Positions 17,615 through 26,490 of a stretch of DNA of 64,000 nt are shown here, in pieces (the first letter of the stretch is position 1; every line of letters begins with the position of its first letter). The notes beneath the pieces were generated by a model. The model was given only the letters and a program-made list of their open reading frames with translations. It was not told the DNA's origin and made no database searches. A program made the position numbers and the translations under genes. The stretch comes from Chloroflexota bacterium (GTDB lineage: Bacteria > Chloroflexota > Dehalococcoidia > Lucifugimonadales > UBA1127): the NCBI GenBank assembly GCA_026713825.1, contig JAPONS010000051.1, positions 17,885 through 81,884 on the forward strand. Reading direction: 5' to 3'.

Positions 17615-18337
17615 TTAACCGCCGGAGGTCATCTGCAGACGGAGGATGTAGGCCTTGCGAAGCTCCTCCTGGAGCTCCGGCGTATTCACGAAGCGCCGTG
17701 CGACTTCCTCGTTGAAGTCAGCGTGGTCGATGTCGATGCCCGCGTGCTCGTGGCGGTTCTCGAGAGCCTGGTCCGGGTTCTCGACACCCCACTCGACGAA
17801 GCGCTGCCGGTCACGCTCGATGGCGGCGAGGAGCTTGTCCGACTGGATCTTGTTCTCGCCTTCCATGACCATGCCGGAGCCAATGGCGACACCGAAAGCG
17901 CTGTCTCGCATCATGGCAACCCACCAGCCGCGCTTCACCAACTCGGCGGGGTCACAGTCGCCCTTTTCAAGCGCGTCGACCTCTTCGGGGCTCACGCCGT
18001 ATGCGTGAGACTCCCAGCGGGAGAGCAGCGGATGGCTTACCTGCGGGCCGCCGACGGTGTCCTGTCCGCCCTCGTCGACCAGCTTACGGAGCTGCATGCG
18101 GCGGCTTGCCTTGTCGGTGGTGTTCAGGTAGCGCTCACCCTCGAAGCGGTGGTTGATGTCGCCGCCCATGTGCGCCCGGCGCTTGGCCGCCGCAAGGCGT
18201 GGTAACTCGTCCTTGCTCATGATCTCGCGGATGCGGAAGGGGAAGCGTTCTCGCCATTCGGCGCGGATGCCCTCAAGCTCCTCGATGAACTCGCCGGGCT
18301 GGAGCGCCTCTTGCCAATCGTTCGTCCTCGTCGCCAT
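17615..18337 (-). CDS. Second heme-oxygenase-like fold protein (PqqC/CADD-type), function unknown
   Basis: VMEGENK ... NRHEHAGIDIDHADF resembles the ExxH / HxxxDxxH helices of this fold. It lies 27 nt upstream of its paralog-like neighbour. Confidence 0.45.
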   Translation of the reverse strand: MATRTNDWQEALQPGEFIEELEGIRAEWRERFPFRIREIMSKDELPRLAAAKRRAHMGGDINHRFEGERYLNTTDKASRRMQLRKLVDEGGQDTVGGPQVSHPLLSRWESHAYGVSPEEVDALEKGDCDPAELVKRGWWVAMMRDSAFGVAIGSGMVMEGENKIQSDKLLAAIERDRQRFVEWGVENPDQALENRHEHAGIDIDHADFNEEVARRFVNTPELQEELRKAYILRLQMTSGG

Positions 18338-18394
18338 GTGTGCCTCCTCGCGCCAATCCGCGCCCGCACCGGACGCGGGCCTGCCTGCGCAACA

Positions 18395-19411
18395 CTATAT
18401 CTTGATGCAAGCCGCCCAATGACCGGGAGCATACTCCTTGAGGGGCGGCGTGACAACCTTGCAGTCGTCGACGGCGATAGGGCAACGAGTGTGAAAGACG
18501 CAGCCCGACGGCGCGTTCATGGGGCTCGGAATAGTGCCCTGCAGCACGATGCGCTCGCGCTGCGCCTCGACGCGCGGGTTGGGGACGGGCACCGCGGAGA
18601 GCAGCGCCCGCGTGTAGGGATGGAGCGGGTTCTCGTAGAGCTCGTTGCGGTCAGCCAGCTCCATGATCTTGCCCAGGTACATGACCGCCACGTTCTCGGA
18701 CATGTGCCGCACCACGGAGAGGTCGTGGGCAATGAAGAGGAAGGTCAGGTTGAACTGCTCCTGGATGTCCTCCAACAGGTTGATGAGCTGGGCCTGAATG
18801 GAGACATCGAGGGCCGACACCGGCTCGTCGGCAACGATGAATTCAGGCCGGACAGCGATGGCGCGGGCGATGCCGATTCGCTGCCGCTGACCGCCGCTGA
18901 ACTCGTGGGGGTACCGGTCCGCCATGGAGGGGTTTAGCCCGACAACGTGCAAGAGCTCGGACACCTGGTCCCGTAGCTCATTCTTGCCGTGGGCGATATT
19001 GTGGACGAGCATCGGCTCACCGACGATCGTGCCGATGCTCATGCGGGGGTTGAGGCTGGAATAGGGGTCCTGGAAGACCATCTGCATGCGTCGCCGCATG
19101 CCCCGAAGTTGCTTTCCCTTGGCCCTGGTCAGGTCGACGCCATCCAGCCAGACCTGCCCGGAGGTGGGCTCGTTGAGCTGGATGATACATCGGCCGACGG
19201 TCGTCTTGCCGGAGCCGCTCTCCCCCACCAGGCCAAGGGTCTCGCCCGGTCGGATGGAGAAACTGACGCCGTCAACAGCCTTGATGTCTCCAACCTTGCG
19301 TTGCAGGATGAAACCGGAGGTCACGGGGAAGTGCATCTTGAGGTCCCTCACCTCAAGGAGCGGCGCAACCTCCTGCCCCGGCGACGGTGCGCGGTCCTGC
19401 ATCTGCGTCAT
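18395..19411 (-). CDS. Oligopeptide/dipeptide-type ABC transporter ATP-binding protein (OppF/DppF-like)
   Basis: Walker A GESGSGKT, signature FSGGQRQR, Walker B FIVADEP and a C-terminal oligopeptide-transporter extension with Cys residues. I set the start at ATG 19411, which forms an ATGA overlap with the upstream stop. Confidence 0.9.
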   Translation of the reverse strand: MTQMQDRAPSPGQEVAPLLEVRDLKMHFPVTSGFILQRKVGDIKAVDGVSFSIRPGETLGLVGESGSGKTTVGRCIIQLNEPTSGQVWLDGVDLTRAKGKQLRGMRRRMQMVFQDPYSSLNPRMSIGTIVGEPMLVHNIAHGKNELRDQVSELLHVVGLNPSMADRYPHEFSGGQRQRIGIARAIAVRPEFIVADEPVSALDVSIQAQLINLLEDIQEQFNLTFLFIAHDLSVVRHMSENVAVMYLGKIMELADRNELYENPLHPYTRALLSAVPVPNPRVEAQRERIVLQGTIPSPMNAPSGCVFHTRCPIAVDDCKVVTPPLKEYAPGHWAACIKI

Positions 19412-20421
19412 GCCCCGACCTCCGAGGCCGAGCCGGCGGTCACCCAGCATGCCGCAGTATGCCCCTCGGCGACGGGCAATAGGGGCGGCGTTTCCTCGCC
19501 GCAACGCTCTATAGCGTACTTGCAGCGCGGCCGGAATGCGCAGCCCGTTGGAAGGTTCATCAGGTCCGGGGGCATCCCATCAATGGACTCGAGCTTTCGC
19601 TTGCGGTCCTCGTCGAGCCTGGGCACAGAGTCCAACAGGCCCTGCGTGTACGGGTGCTGCGGGTTCTCGTAGATGTCGATAGCCGTGCCGCGCTCGATGA
19701 TCTTGCCGGCGTACATGACGTTGACCCGGTCGGCATAGCGCGCCACGACGCCAAGGTTGTGCGTGATTATGATGACTGCGGTGCCAAGCTGGGCGCTGAG
19801 GTTCTTGATGAGCTCCAGGATCTGCGCCTGGATCGTAACGTCCAGCGCGGTGGTCGGCTCGTCCGCGATGAGCAATCTCGGGTTGCAGCTCATGGCCATC
19901 GCGATCATCAACCGCTCGCGCATGCCGCCGCTGCATTGGTGGGGGTACTGCTTCAGGCGGCTGGGCGCGTCCGGGATGCCCACCATCTCCAACAGCTCGA
20001 CCGCGCGCTGCTGCGCCTCCGCGCCCTGCATCTTCAGGTGCAGCTCAAGCGACTCCGTGATCTGCTTGCCGATGGTTAGCACGGGGTTAAGCGATGTCAT
20101 TGGCTCCTGGAAGATCATGGCGATGCGGTTGCCACGAATGGTCCGCATCTGCGACTCGCTCACTTCCAGCAAGTCCGCGCCGTCAAAAAGGACGCGGCCG
20201 TCGACGATGCGGCCCGGCGGGCTGGAGACGAGGCGCATGATGGACAGCGCACCGACGCTCTTCCCGCAGCCGCTCTCACCCACGATGGCGAGGGTCTCGC
20301 CCTCGCGGACGTCATAGGAGATTCCGTCAACAGCCTTGACGACGCCGCTATGGGAGAAGAAGTACGTCTTCAGACCCTCTACAGTAAGCAGGTACTCAGA
20401 GATGTCGCCAAATTCGGTCAT
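19408..20421 (-). CDS. Oligopeptide/dipeptide-type ABC transporter ATP-binding protein (OppD/DppD-like)
   Basis: Walker A GESGCGKS, signature CSGGMRER and Walker [13 protein letters not shown]. Confidence 0.9.
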   Translation of the reverse strand: MTEFGDISEYLLTVEGLKTYFFSHSGVVKAVDGISYDVREGETLAIVGESGCGKSVGALSIMRLVSSPPGRIVDGRVLFDGADLLEVSESQMRTIRGNRIAMIFQEPMTSLNPVLTIGKQITESLELHLKMQGAEAQQRAVELLEMVGIPDAPSRLKQYPHQCSGGMRERLMIAMAMSCNPRLLIADEPTTALDVTIQAQILELIKNLSAQLGTAVIIITHNLGVVARYADRVNVMYAGKIIERGTAIDIYENPQHPYTQGLLDSVPRLDEDRKRKLESIDGMPPDLMNLPTGCAFRPRCKYAIERCGEETPPLLPVAEGHTAACWVTAGSASEVGA

Positions 20422-21356
20422 GCAGCCGGCACCACTGCTTCAAGCTCCATGAGCACGTCGTCTGGCAGCGCGCCTCTCTCCTCGGCGGCGCATGCCTCCT
20501 CAATGTGCTCCACCTCAGAAAAGCCGATGACGGACGTGGCAACGATGGGGTTGCTGAGCACATACCGCACCGCGCCTTCGACAGGGGCGATGCCGTGCCC
20601 GTCGAGCACCTCTCGTACACGTGCGGCCGCGGGATCATCGCCGGCGCCAGCCAGCAAGCCCGCGGCAAGAACGCGGATGACGATGATGCCCATGCCAAGA
20701 TTGGCCGAACGGTCGAAGACCTGGCCAAAATCGCGGTCCACGGCCGCGGCCGGACGGACGGCGGAGGGGTTGATAATGTTGTATAGGCCGTTGATGCTGT
20801 GGAACTGTCCGCTGTCGATGAGTTGGTAGACGCAGGAGAGCAGCCCGCCATAGGCCGTGAACCCGAAGTAGCGCACCTTGCCCTGCTGCTGCAACACCTG
20901 AAAGGCGTCGAGGACGCCGCCGGGAGCAAGCACGTCATCGACGGTAAGCTGCGCGCCCACGCCCATGTCGGAACGCTCCGCCCGCTCAAGACCAACGCGG
21001 TTGTGGAGCTGGATGAGGTCGATCGTCTCCACCCGGAGCCGCTCGAGGCTCTCCTCCACGGATCGGATAGTGTTGCCCTTTACGTCGTCCAGGTCTGGCA
21101 GCTCCAGCGCGACCTTGCTCCCGATGACCGGGCGTGCCTTGAGCTCCTGCAGCGTCTCCCCCAGGTGTGCTTCGGAGGCGCCGGCGCCGTAGATGGATGC
21201 CGTGTCGAACAGGTTGACGCCAAGGTCGAGCGCGCAGGACACGCCTCGGCGGCGCTCCTCCGGCGTGCCCTTCACTATCATGCCTGCCGTCGGTCCGCAG
21301 CCGAAGGCAATGGCCGAGACCTGTACTCCTGTGCCGCCCAATTCGCTATACCGCAT
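20418..21356 (-). CDS. Aldo/keto reductase
   Basis: MRYSELGGTGVQVSAIAFGCG ..., DTASIYG and the AKR pattern throughout. I trimmed the start to ATG 21356, since the track ORF overlaps the permease. Its stop overlaps the ATPase start. Confidence 0.85.
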   Translation of the reverse strand: MRYSELGGTGVQVSAIAFGCGPTAGMIVKGTPEERRRGVSCALDLGVNLFDTASIYGAGASEAHLGETLQELKARPVIGSKVALELPDLDDVKGNTIRSVEESLERLRVETIDLIQLHNRVGLERAERSDMGVGAQLTVDDVLAPGGVLDAFQVLQQQGKVRYFGFTAYGGLLSCVYQLIDSGQFHSINGLYNIINPSAVRPAAAVDRDFGQVFDRSANLGMGIIVIRVLAAGLLAGAGDDPAAARVREVLDGHGIAPVEGAVRYVLSNPIVATSVIGFSEVEHIEEACAAEERGALPDDVLMELEAVVPAA

Positions 21357-21364
21357 GTCTCCCC

Positions 21365-22306
21365 CTAGCGTTCGCCCAAGCTGCCGCGCATGGCTGGGTC
21401 CAGCAAGTCGCGCATGGCATCTCCGAACATGTTCCACCCGAAGATTGTGAGGCTCAGCGCAAGCCCTGGGGCAATGCCCAACCAAGGTGCCATGAGCATG
21501 TGCTGCCGCGCTTCAGCAGAGAGCATCCGGCCCCAGGACGGTGCCGGCGCCGGAATGCCAAACCCAAGGAAGCTCAAGGACGCCTCAATGGTGATGGCCA
21601 AAGGAATCTCAATGGTCGCGAGGATGATGACCAGCGGGAGAACATTGGGGAACAGGTGGACAAGCATGAGCCGCAGGTCACCAACACCGACCGAGCGCGC
21701 AACTTCCATGTGTGGCCGCGCCATGACGGACAAGACCTGCCCACGAACCACGCGCGAACCCCTGATGCCGAATAGCAGTCCCAGAATGATGATAAGTTGC
21801 CACAAACCAGGCCCGGCTATAGCCACCATGGCCAGCGCGATCACGATGCCGGGGAAAGTCATCCAGCCGTCGACAATTCGCTGAATTATCTTGTCCAACC
21901 ATCCACCGTAGTAGCCGGTCAGCAGGCCCAGAGAAATGGCAATGCACATCGCTCCGGCCACAGCACCGAACCCGATGGAGACGGAGATGCGTGAGCCGTG
22001 AACAATGCGACTGAAGAGGTCGCGGCCAAGGTGGTCGGCGCCAATGAGGTGTTTGAAACTGGGCGGAGCGAATTGATCGTGCCGATTCGTGTCGTTGTAC
22101 TCATAGGGCGCGATGAAGTCGGCGAAGATGGCTGTGAACATCAAGAGCACCACGATGAAGAGGCCTACTGCGCCCAGGGGCTTGTAGCGCACCATAGTGG
22201 CCACAAACGACCAGAGACCACGCGCCCACCTCAGTGGAAGCGGGGACCCGGGTGCCACACCGGGTCGGAGGACGATTTCATCGGCCATCGTGTATGCCCT
22301 CCGCAC
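21365..22306 (-). CDS. ABC transporter permease (DppC/OppC-like)
   Basis: Multi-pass membrane protein with a BPD_transp_1-type conserved loop (SLSFLGFGIPAP...). It sits inside the transporter operon. Confidence 0.85.
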   Translation of the reverse strand: MRRAYTMADEIVLRPGVAPGSPLPLRWARGLWSFVATMVRYKPLGAVGLFIVVLLMFTAIFADFIAPYEYNDTNRHDQFAPPSFKHLIGADHLGRDLFSRIVHGSRISVSIGFGAVAGAMCIAISLGLLTGYYGGWLDKIIQRIVDGWMTFPGIVIALAMVAIAGPGLWQLIIILGLLFGIRGSRVVRGQVLSVMARPHMEVARSVGVGDLRLMLVHLFPNVLPLVIILATIEIPLAITIEASLSFLGFGIPAPAPSWGRMLSAEARQHMLMAPWLGIAPGLALSLTIFGWNMFGDAMRDLLDPAMRGSLGER

Positions 22307-22309
22307 CCA

Positions 22310-23254
22310 TTACCTGTACCGGACCCGTGGGTCGAGCCAGCCGTATGCAAGGTCGACGATCAAGTTCGCTATCAACACAGTGATAGCCGTGAACATTAAG
22401 GCGACCTGCAGCTGCGGATAGTCGCGAAAGTTGATGGCGTCGATGGTCCACCGGCCCAGTCCGGGTATGCCGAAGACAGCCTCCATGACCACCGAGCCGT
22501 TCAACGCGTTGGGGACACGCAGACCGAAGACCGTGACTACAGGGATAAGGGCGTTCTTGAGGGCGTGCCGGTACATGATGGACCGCTCTGAGAGTCCCTT
22601 GGACCAGGCTGTACGGATGTACTCCTGCCGAAGCACTTCCAGCATCATCGTCCTGGTGATGCGCACCAGGGATGCCGCCGAGCTCACGGAGATGATTGAT
22701 GCGGGCAGCAGCAACAGCAGCAGGTGCTTGACAGGGTCCTCCGAAAGGGAATGCCAGCCCACAGGAGGTGACCAGCCAATGTAGACGGCAGGGAGCACCA
22801 GGATCAGGGTGGCAAGCCAGAAGTGGGGAACGGCGTCCGCGAGCACCACGGTGCTGCGGACTATGTAGTCGCTCTTCGTATCCTGCCGCATGGCGGAAAA
22901 GACACCGATAGGTATAGCGACGATAGCGCTAAGGAACAGGGAGAAGAAGGCTAACTCCAACGTAACGGGCAATCGGCGCACCAACTCCTCTGCGGCCGGG
23001 CTGCCATCCCACAGGGAACGTCCAAAGTCACCCCTGAAGAAGCCGCCTACCCATTTGAGGTATTGGGTGTGGATGGGCTCCGTTAAGCCCAGGCGCTCCT
23101 GCAATTTCTCCAGGTTCGGAGCGTAGCCCAATTCCTCTGTCATGAGCAGCGCCGCGTCGCCCGGGATGAAGCGTATCAGGGCGAAGGCAATGAAGCTCAG
23201 CACCAACAGAGTTGGTATGAGCAGGAGGACCCGTTGGATTGCGTACGTTCTCAT
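22310..23254 (-). CDS. ABC transporter permease (DppB/OppB-like)
   Basis: N-terminal YAIQRVLLLIPTLLVLSFIAFALIRFIPGD and YIRTAWSKGLSE are hallmark DppB/OppB motifs. Confidence 0.88.
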   Translation of the reverse strand: MRTYAIQRVLLLIPTLLVLSFIAFALIRFIPGDAALLMTEELGYAPNLEKLQERLGLTEPIHTQYLKWVGGFFRGDFGRSLWDGSPAAEELVRRLPVTLELAFFSLFLSAIVAIPIGVFSAMRQDTKSDYIVRSTVVLADAVPHFWLATLILVLPAVYIGWSPPVGWHSLSEDPVKHLLLLLLPASIISVSSAASLVRITRTMMLEVLRQEYIRTAWSKGLSERSIMYRHALKNALIPVVTVFGLRVPNALNGSVVMEAVFGIPGLGRWTIDAINFRDYPQLQVALMFTAITVLIANLIVDLAYGWLDPRVRYR

Positions 23255-23333
23255 GGCATATGTTCAATGAAGGATGCTTGGCGGCCCACGATGGGCCGCC
23301 AAGCATCCCTCTAGAGACTCCTAGGCTACTAGG

Positions 23334-25124
23334 CTATCCCTCTTCGATCCAGGCGATCTCCCAGTCGCGGCCTTCCGTGTTGCCAACGTGGGGCCGGAAG
23401 TTCTTGATCCGCGGCTGCCAGAAGAAGTCGGTGAACCGGTCCGGGATACGGATGAGGTAGACCTGGTCCGCCAGGTAGCGTTGGATCTGCCTGACTTGGT
23501 TGAACCGCTGGTTCGGGTCCTGCGTCAGGCGCTGGGCCTTGATCATCTCGGTCAACAGCGCGTCGTCGATGTGACTGTTGTTCTTGCTGTTGCCGGGGAG
23601 GAAGCTGACCAGGAGGTCGTCGACTTCAGCCGCCTTCAGCCGAGAGTGCGCGATGTCGTAGTCGCCCATGCCGATGTTGCTGGTCTTCAGGTGCACCGAG
23701 TGGTCGACTTCCTGCAGATTCATCTTCACGCCGATTTCATCCATCATGTCGGCGACCAGTTCCGGATAGTAGGTTGCCTTGCAGCAGCTGCTGAACTGGT
23801 AGGTGATCTCCAAGGGGTTGTTGGGGCCGTAGCCCGCTTCGGTGAGCAGTTCAGCGGCGGCCTGGGGGTTGTACTCCCACCACCGTGCAGCGTCGCCCAA
23901 TTCCGCGGGCGTAATTGCGTACTCCGGGAACACCAGAGCCGGGATACCACCATAGGTGGGCTCCGTTACCGATCCCAGGAGCAAGTCCATGATGGCCTGT
24001 TGCTCAAAGCCCATGGCAACGGCGCGCCGCACACGGATGTCATTAAACGCAGGGGTCCGGTCAAGCCGGAAGTTCAGCGTGGGGGCCGTGCTGGGCAGGT
24101 CCTGGGCAAAGTTGGAGTCGGGGTTCCGCTCCTTAAAGTCCGCAGTGCTGCCGGACGGCGGGCCAAAGGTGTCGATGTCGCCAGAGATGTAGGCCGCGCT
24201 ACGTGCCTGGGTGTCCGGAATCACCACATATTCAAGCGTGTCGATGAAGGGGAGTTGATTGCCGTGTGCGTCCGTCTTGAAGTAGTCGGGGTTGCGGACG
24301 GCCGTCAAGCGCTTGTCCTTCTCCCACGAGTCAAACATCCATGGCCCGGTGCCAATAATGCCCTCTGGCGTGGAGAGGAACTCTTCATCCAGCACACCCT
24401 CCAGGGCTGGGCTCTGCGGCGGCGAACTGGCCGCTTCTTTTGGCGTGACATAGGCCAACGGTTCACCAACGTGAATCATAAAGGAGGCAACCGGTTCATG
24501 CAGGCGGAAGACTACCGTGTACTTGTCGGGTGCTTCAACCGCGCTGATGTCAGCCAGCTGGAACTGGTAAGAGTCCGGCCCCTTCAGGAACCGTTCGTAG
24601 CTCCACTTGACGTCTGCGGATGTCATCTCGCGGCCGTTAACGGGGGCCCGGTTGTGGAAATTCACACCCTCGTGAAGCTTGAAGGTGTAGGTGAGGCCGC
24701 CGTCGGAGACTTCCCAGGACTCTGCGAGGTCTGGGTAGGACTCACGGGTGCCACCTGGTACGTCTACACCTACTGAGCGGGACATCAGGTTGTTGTACCA
24801 CCAACTGTTGGTGTTCTGGTGCTGGGACTGCCCGCCACTGGTCCCGTGCGGGTCAAAGCCGGAACGAACATCACGACTCTGGCCGAACGTGACCTTGCCG
24901 CCGTAGACGGGCTCGGGGCCCTCCATCATGGCGTCGTCGGCCTTGGTCATTGAGTCGTCGCTGGCCGGCTCTGCTGCGGCGGTGGTTGTAGTCGTAGTCG
25001 TCGTGGTCGCGGCGCTTCCGCCGCCGTCGCCGTCTCCGTCACCACCGGAGCAAGCGACCACCACCAGTGCCATCGACACCAGTAGGGCCAACAGGAGATA
25101 GCCATACCTTAACCTGCCGTTCAT
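23334..25124 (-). CDS. ABC transporter substrate-binding lipoprotein, family 5 (peptide/nickel/opine type)
   Basis: Signal peptide with lipobox LVVVACSGG, followed by a Gly/Thr-rich linker (TTTTTTTT). The body is typical of SBP_bac_5. RBS AAGAGGAGGGG. Confidence 0.85.
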   Translation of the reverse strand: MNGRLRYGYLLLALLVSMALVVVACSGGDGDGDGGGSAATTTTTTTTTAAAEPASDDSMTKADDAMMEGPEPVYGGKVTFGQSRDVRSGFDPHGTSGGQSQHQNTNSWWYNNLMSRSVGVDVPGGTRESYPDLAESWEVSDGGLTYTFKLHEGVNFHNRAPVNGREMTSADVKWSYERFLKGPDSYQFQLADISAVEAPDKYTVVFRLHEPVASFMIHVGEPLAYVTPKEAASSPPQSPALEGVLDEEFLSTPEGIIGTGPWMFDSWEKDKRLTAVRNPDYFKTDAHGNQLPFIDTLEYVVIPDTQARSAAYISGDIDTFGPPSGSTADFKERNPDSNFAQDLPSTAPTLNFRLDRTPAFNDIRVRRAVAMGFEQQAIMDLLLGSVTEPTYGGIPALVFPEYAITPAELGDAARWWEYNPQAAAELLTEAGYGPNNPLEITYQFSSCCKATYYPELVADMMDEIGVKMNLQEVDHSVHLKTSNIGMGDYDIAHSRLKAAEVDDLLVSFLPGNSKNNSHIDDALLTEMIKAQRLTQDPNQRFNQVRQIQRYLADQVYLIRIPDRFTDFFWQPRIKNFRPHVGNTEGRDWEIAWIEEG

Positions 25125-25240
25125 TGCGCCCCTCCTCTTAATCTTGACCTTCTTCCCTAAGCTGTGACGGGGCGGCCTGGGCGCGCTCCCGTCCTAAACC
25201 CTGTATTAAACGCCGGATCTGCTCCGGAGGTTCCCAGCGA

Positions 25241-25621
25241 TCAGTCCTCAATCAGCGAGTTGCTCCGCTTCATGGGCGTGTCGTAGTCAACGCCGTGGGA
25301 ACGAAACCAAAGGTAGATACCCTGCCAGAAGAGCTCCGGGTCGGCCTCGATGACCTCCCCAGTGTCGGCACGGGAGATTACGAGTTCGCCCCAAGCCTCA
25401 GGCTCGCGCTTCTCGCCCTCGACGAGCGACTGCCCGCGCCAGCTGTCGAGGTCCGCAAGTTGCTCGGTGAGGAAACGGGACAGGATGGCGTTGTCAGCGA
25501 CGATTGCCTCACGAATAGCGCCCTCGCCGTCCAACACTAAAATGGCGTCGTTCTTGGCGCCTCTGGACCGCCACTCTGCACTAAGGGCCATGCCGGACTT
25601 TCCCCCAAGATTCTTGAGCAC
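25241..25621 (-). CDS. Hypothetical protein (126 aa; start may be MALSAEW at 25591)
   Basis: The ORF lies between the Rieske beta subunit and the transporter genes on the same strand. I recognised no motif. Confidence 0.4.
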   Translation of the reverse strand: MLKNLGGKSGMALSAEWRSRGAKNDAILVLDGEGAIREAIVADNAILSRFLTEQLADLDSWRGQSLVEGEKREPEAWGELVISRADTGEVIEADPELFWQGIYLWFRSHGVDYDTPMKRSNSLIED

Positions 25622-25648
25622 TCAAGTGCCCTATCAACTGGCGCACTC

Positions 25649-26188
25649 CTAAAAGAACGTCGAAAACACCTTGGCCAGGAGGACGTTCTGGTCAAGCAGG
25701 ATGAGTCGATTGGCGATCTTCCAGCCGGTCTCGCTGTCCCGGCGAAGAATGTCCCGCCGTGTGCCGATGAACATGACGCACTCGTCGCGCAGACGGTTAG
25801 ACCATACGAAGAAGTTGCTGCTGACCTCCACCTCATCGCCGTCCACCGACATGACGCGGACGTTGGTGATAATGTGACGCACGCGCGAGAAGGGCTCCTC
25901 CGGCCAGTGGACGCCGGTATTGAGTTGTCGGACTCGGCCCATCAGTGTGCGCTTGCCCTCGTCAAACCAGGAAATCTCGGACTCGGTGTCGGTGTTCTCT
26001 CGGTGTTGCTCGCCGAACTTTACGTTGCGGCGGATCGGCATGTGGTAGTGGATGTCCTCGGCCAGCAGGTCGCCCCATTCGCTGAACCTGCGTTCGTCCA
26101 GCAGGGCGGCCTCGTCGTACAGGAACCGCTCAATCTCCCGTTCGAGGAGCATCCGCTCCCATGCGGTGTCTGCGCTCTGGATAGTCAC
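25649..26188 (-). CDS. Aromatic-ring-hydroxylating dioxygenase beta (small) subunit
   Basis: 179 aa. FLYDEAALLDERRFSEWGDLLAEDIHYHMP... is the typical NTF2-like Ring_hydroxyl_B N-terminus. Confidence 0.85.
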   Translation of the reverse strand: MTIQSADTAWERMLLEREIERFLYDEAALLDERRFSEWGDLLAEDIHYHMPIRRNVKFGEQHRENTDTESEISWFDEGKRTLMGRVRQLNTGVHWPEEPFSRVRHIITNVRVMSVDGDEVEVSSNFFVWSNRLRDECVMFIGTRRDILRRDSETGWKIANRLILLDQNVLLAKVFSTFF

Positions 26189-26212
26189 GGACTTCCTCCG
26201 TTGTAGGGTTTC

Positions 26213-26458
26213 CTAGGACTCTATCTCCGCGGCCACCTCGGCGAAGAAAATCCAGTCCTCCGAGTCGATCGATTCCGGCCGCTCGCTCTCGATGACCCGG
26301 CCCACGAGCCAGCCACCGTCCTTGGCGTTGAGCGTGATCTCAACCAGGTCTCCGTTCTTTAACTCCAGCTTCGTGCCTTCCGGCATGTCCCGAATGAACA
26401 TGCCGTCGGGGGTATTCACCCGCTTGCGTTCCGACTTGTTGCCGCCCTCAGTTGTCAT
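26213..26458 (-). CDS. Small hypothetical protein (81 aa) between the oxygenase alpha and beta genes
   Basis: ORF with tight spacing to both neighbours. It has no Cys residues, so it is not a ferredoxin. I recognised no family. Confidence 0.4.
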   Translation of the reverse strand: MTTEGGNKSERKRVNTPDGMFIRDMPEGTKLELKNGDLVEITLNAKDGGWLVGRVIESERPESIDSEDWIFFAEVAAEIES

Positions 26459-26490
26459 AGAGCGCCCTCCGATGATGCGTCAGGCAGCGC

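Noticed and set aside
16766-18205. 479-aa plus-strand ORF spanning the heme-oxygenase-like genes
   Set aside because: It runs antisense to two minus-strand genes that have recognisable family motifs and proper spacing. Its translation is Arg/Ala/Gly/Val-rich low-complexity sequence, typical of stop-free antisense frames in high-GC DNA, and no RBS is present.
23388-24776. 462-aa plus-strand ORF opposite the solute-binding protein gene
   Set aside because: It is antisense to a gene with signal peptide, lipobox and family-5 SBP features, with no translation signals of its own. The same reasoning applies to the other long antisense ORFs in the track, for example 4512..5792, 5850..7079, 7467..8372, 12621..13595, 13549..14529, 26680..27936, 39277..40686, 41214..42236 and 38077..38874.
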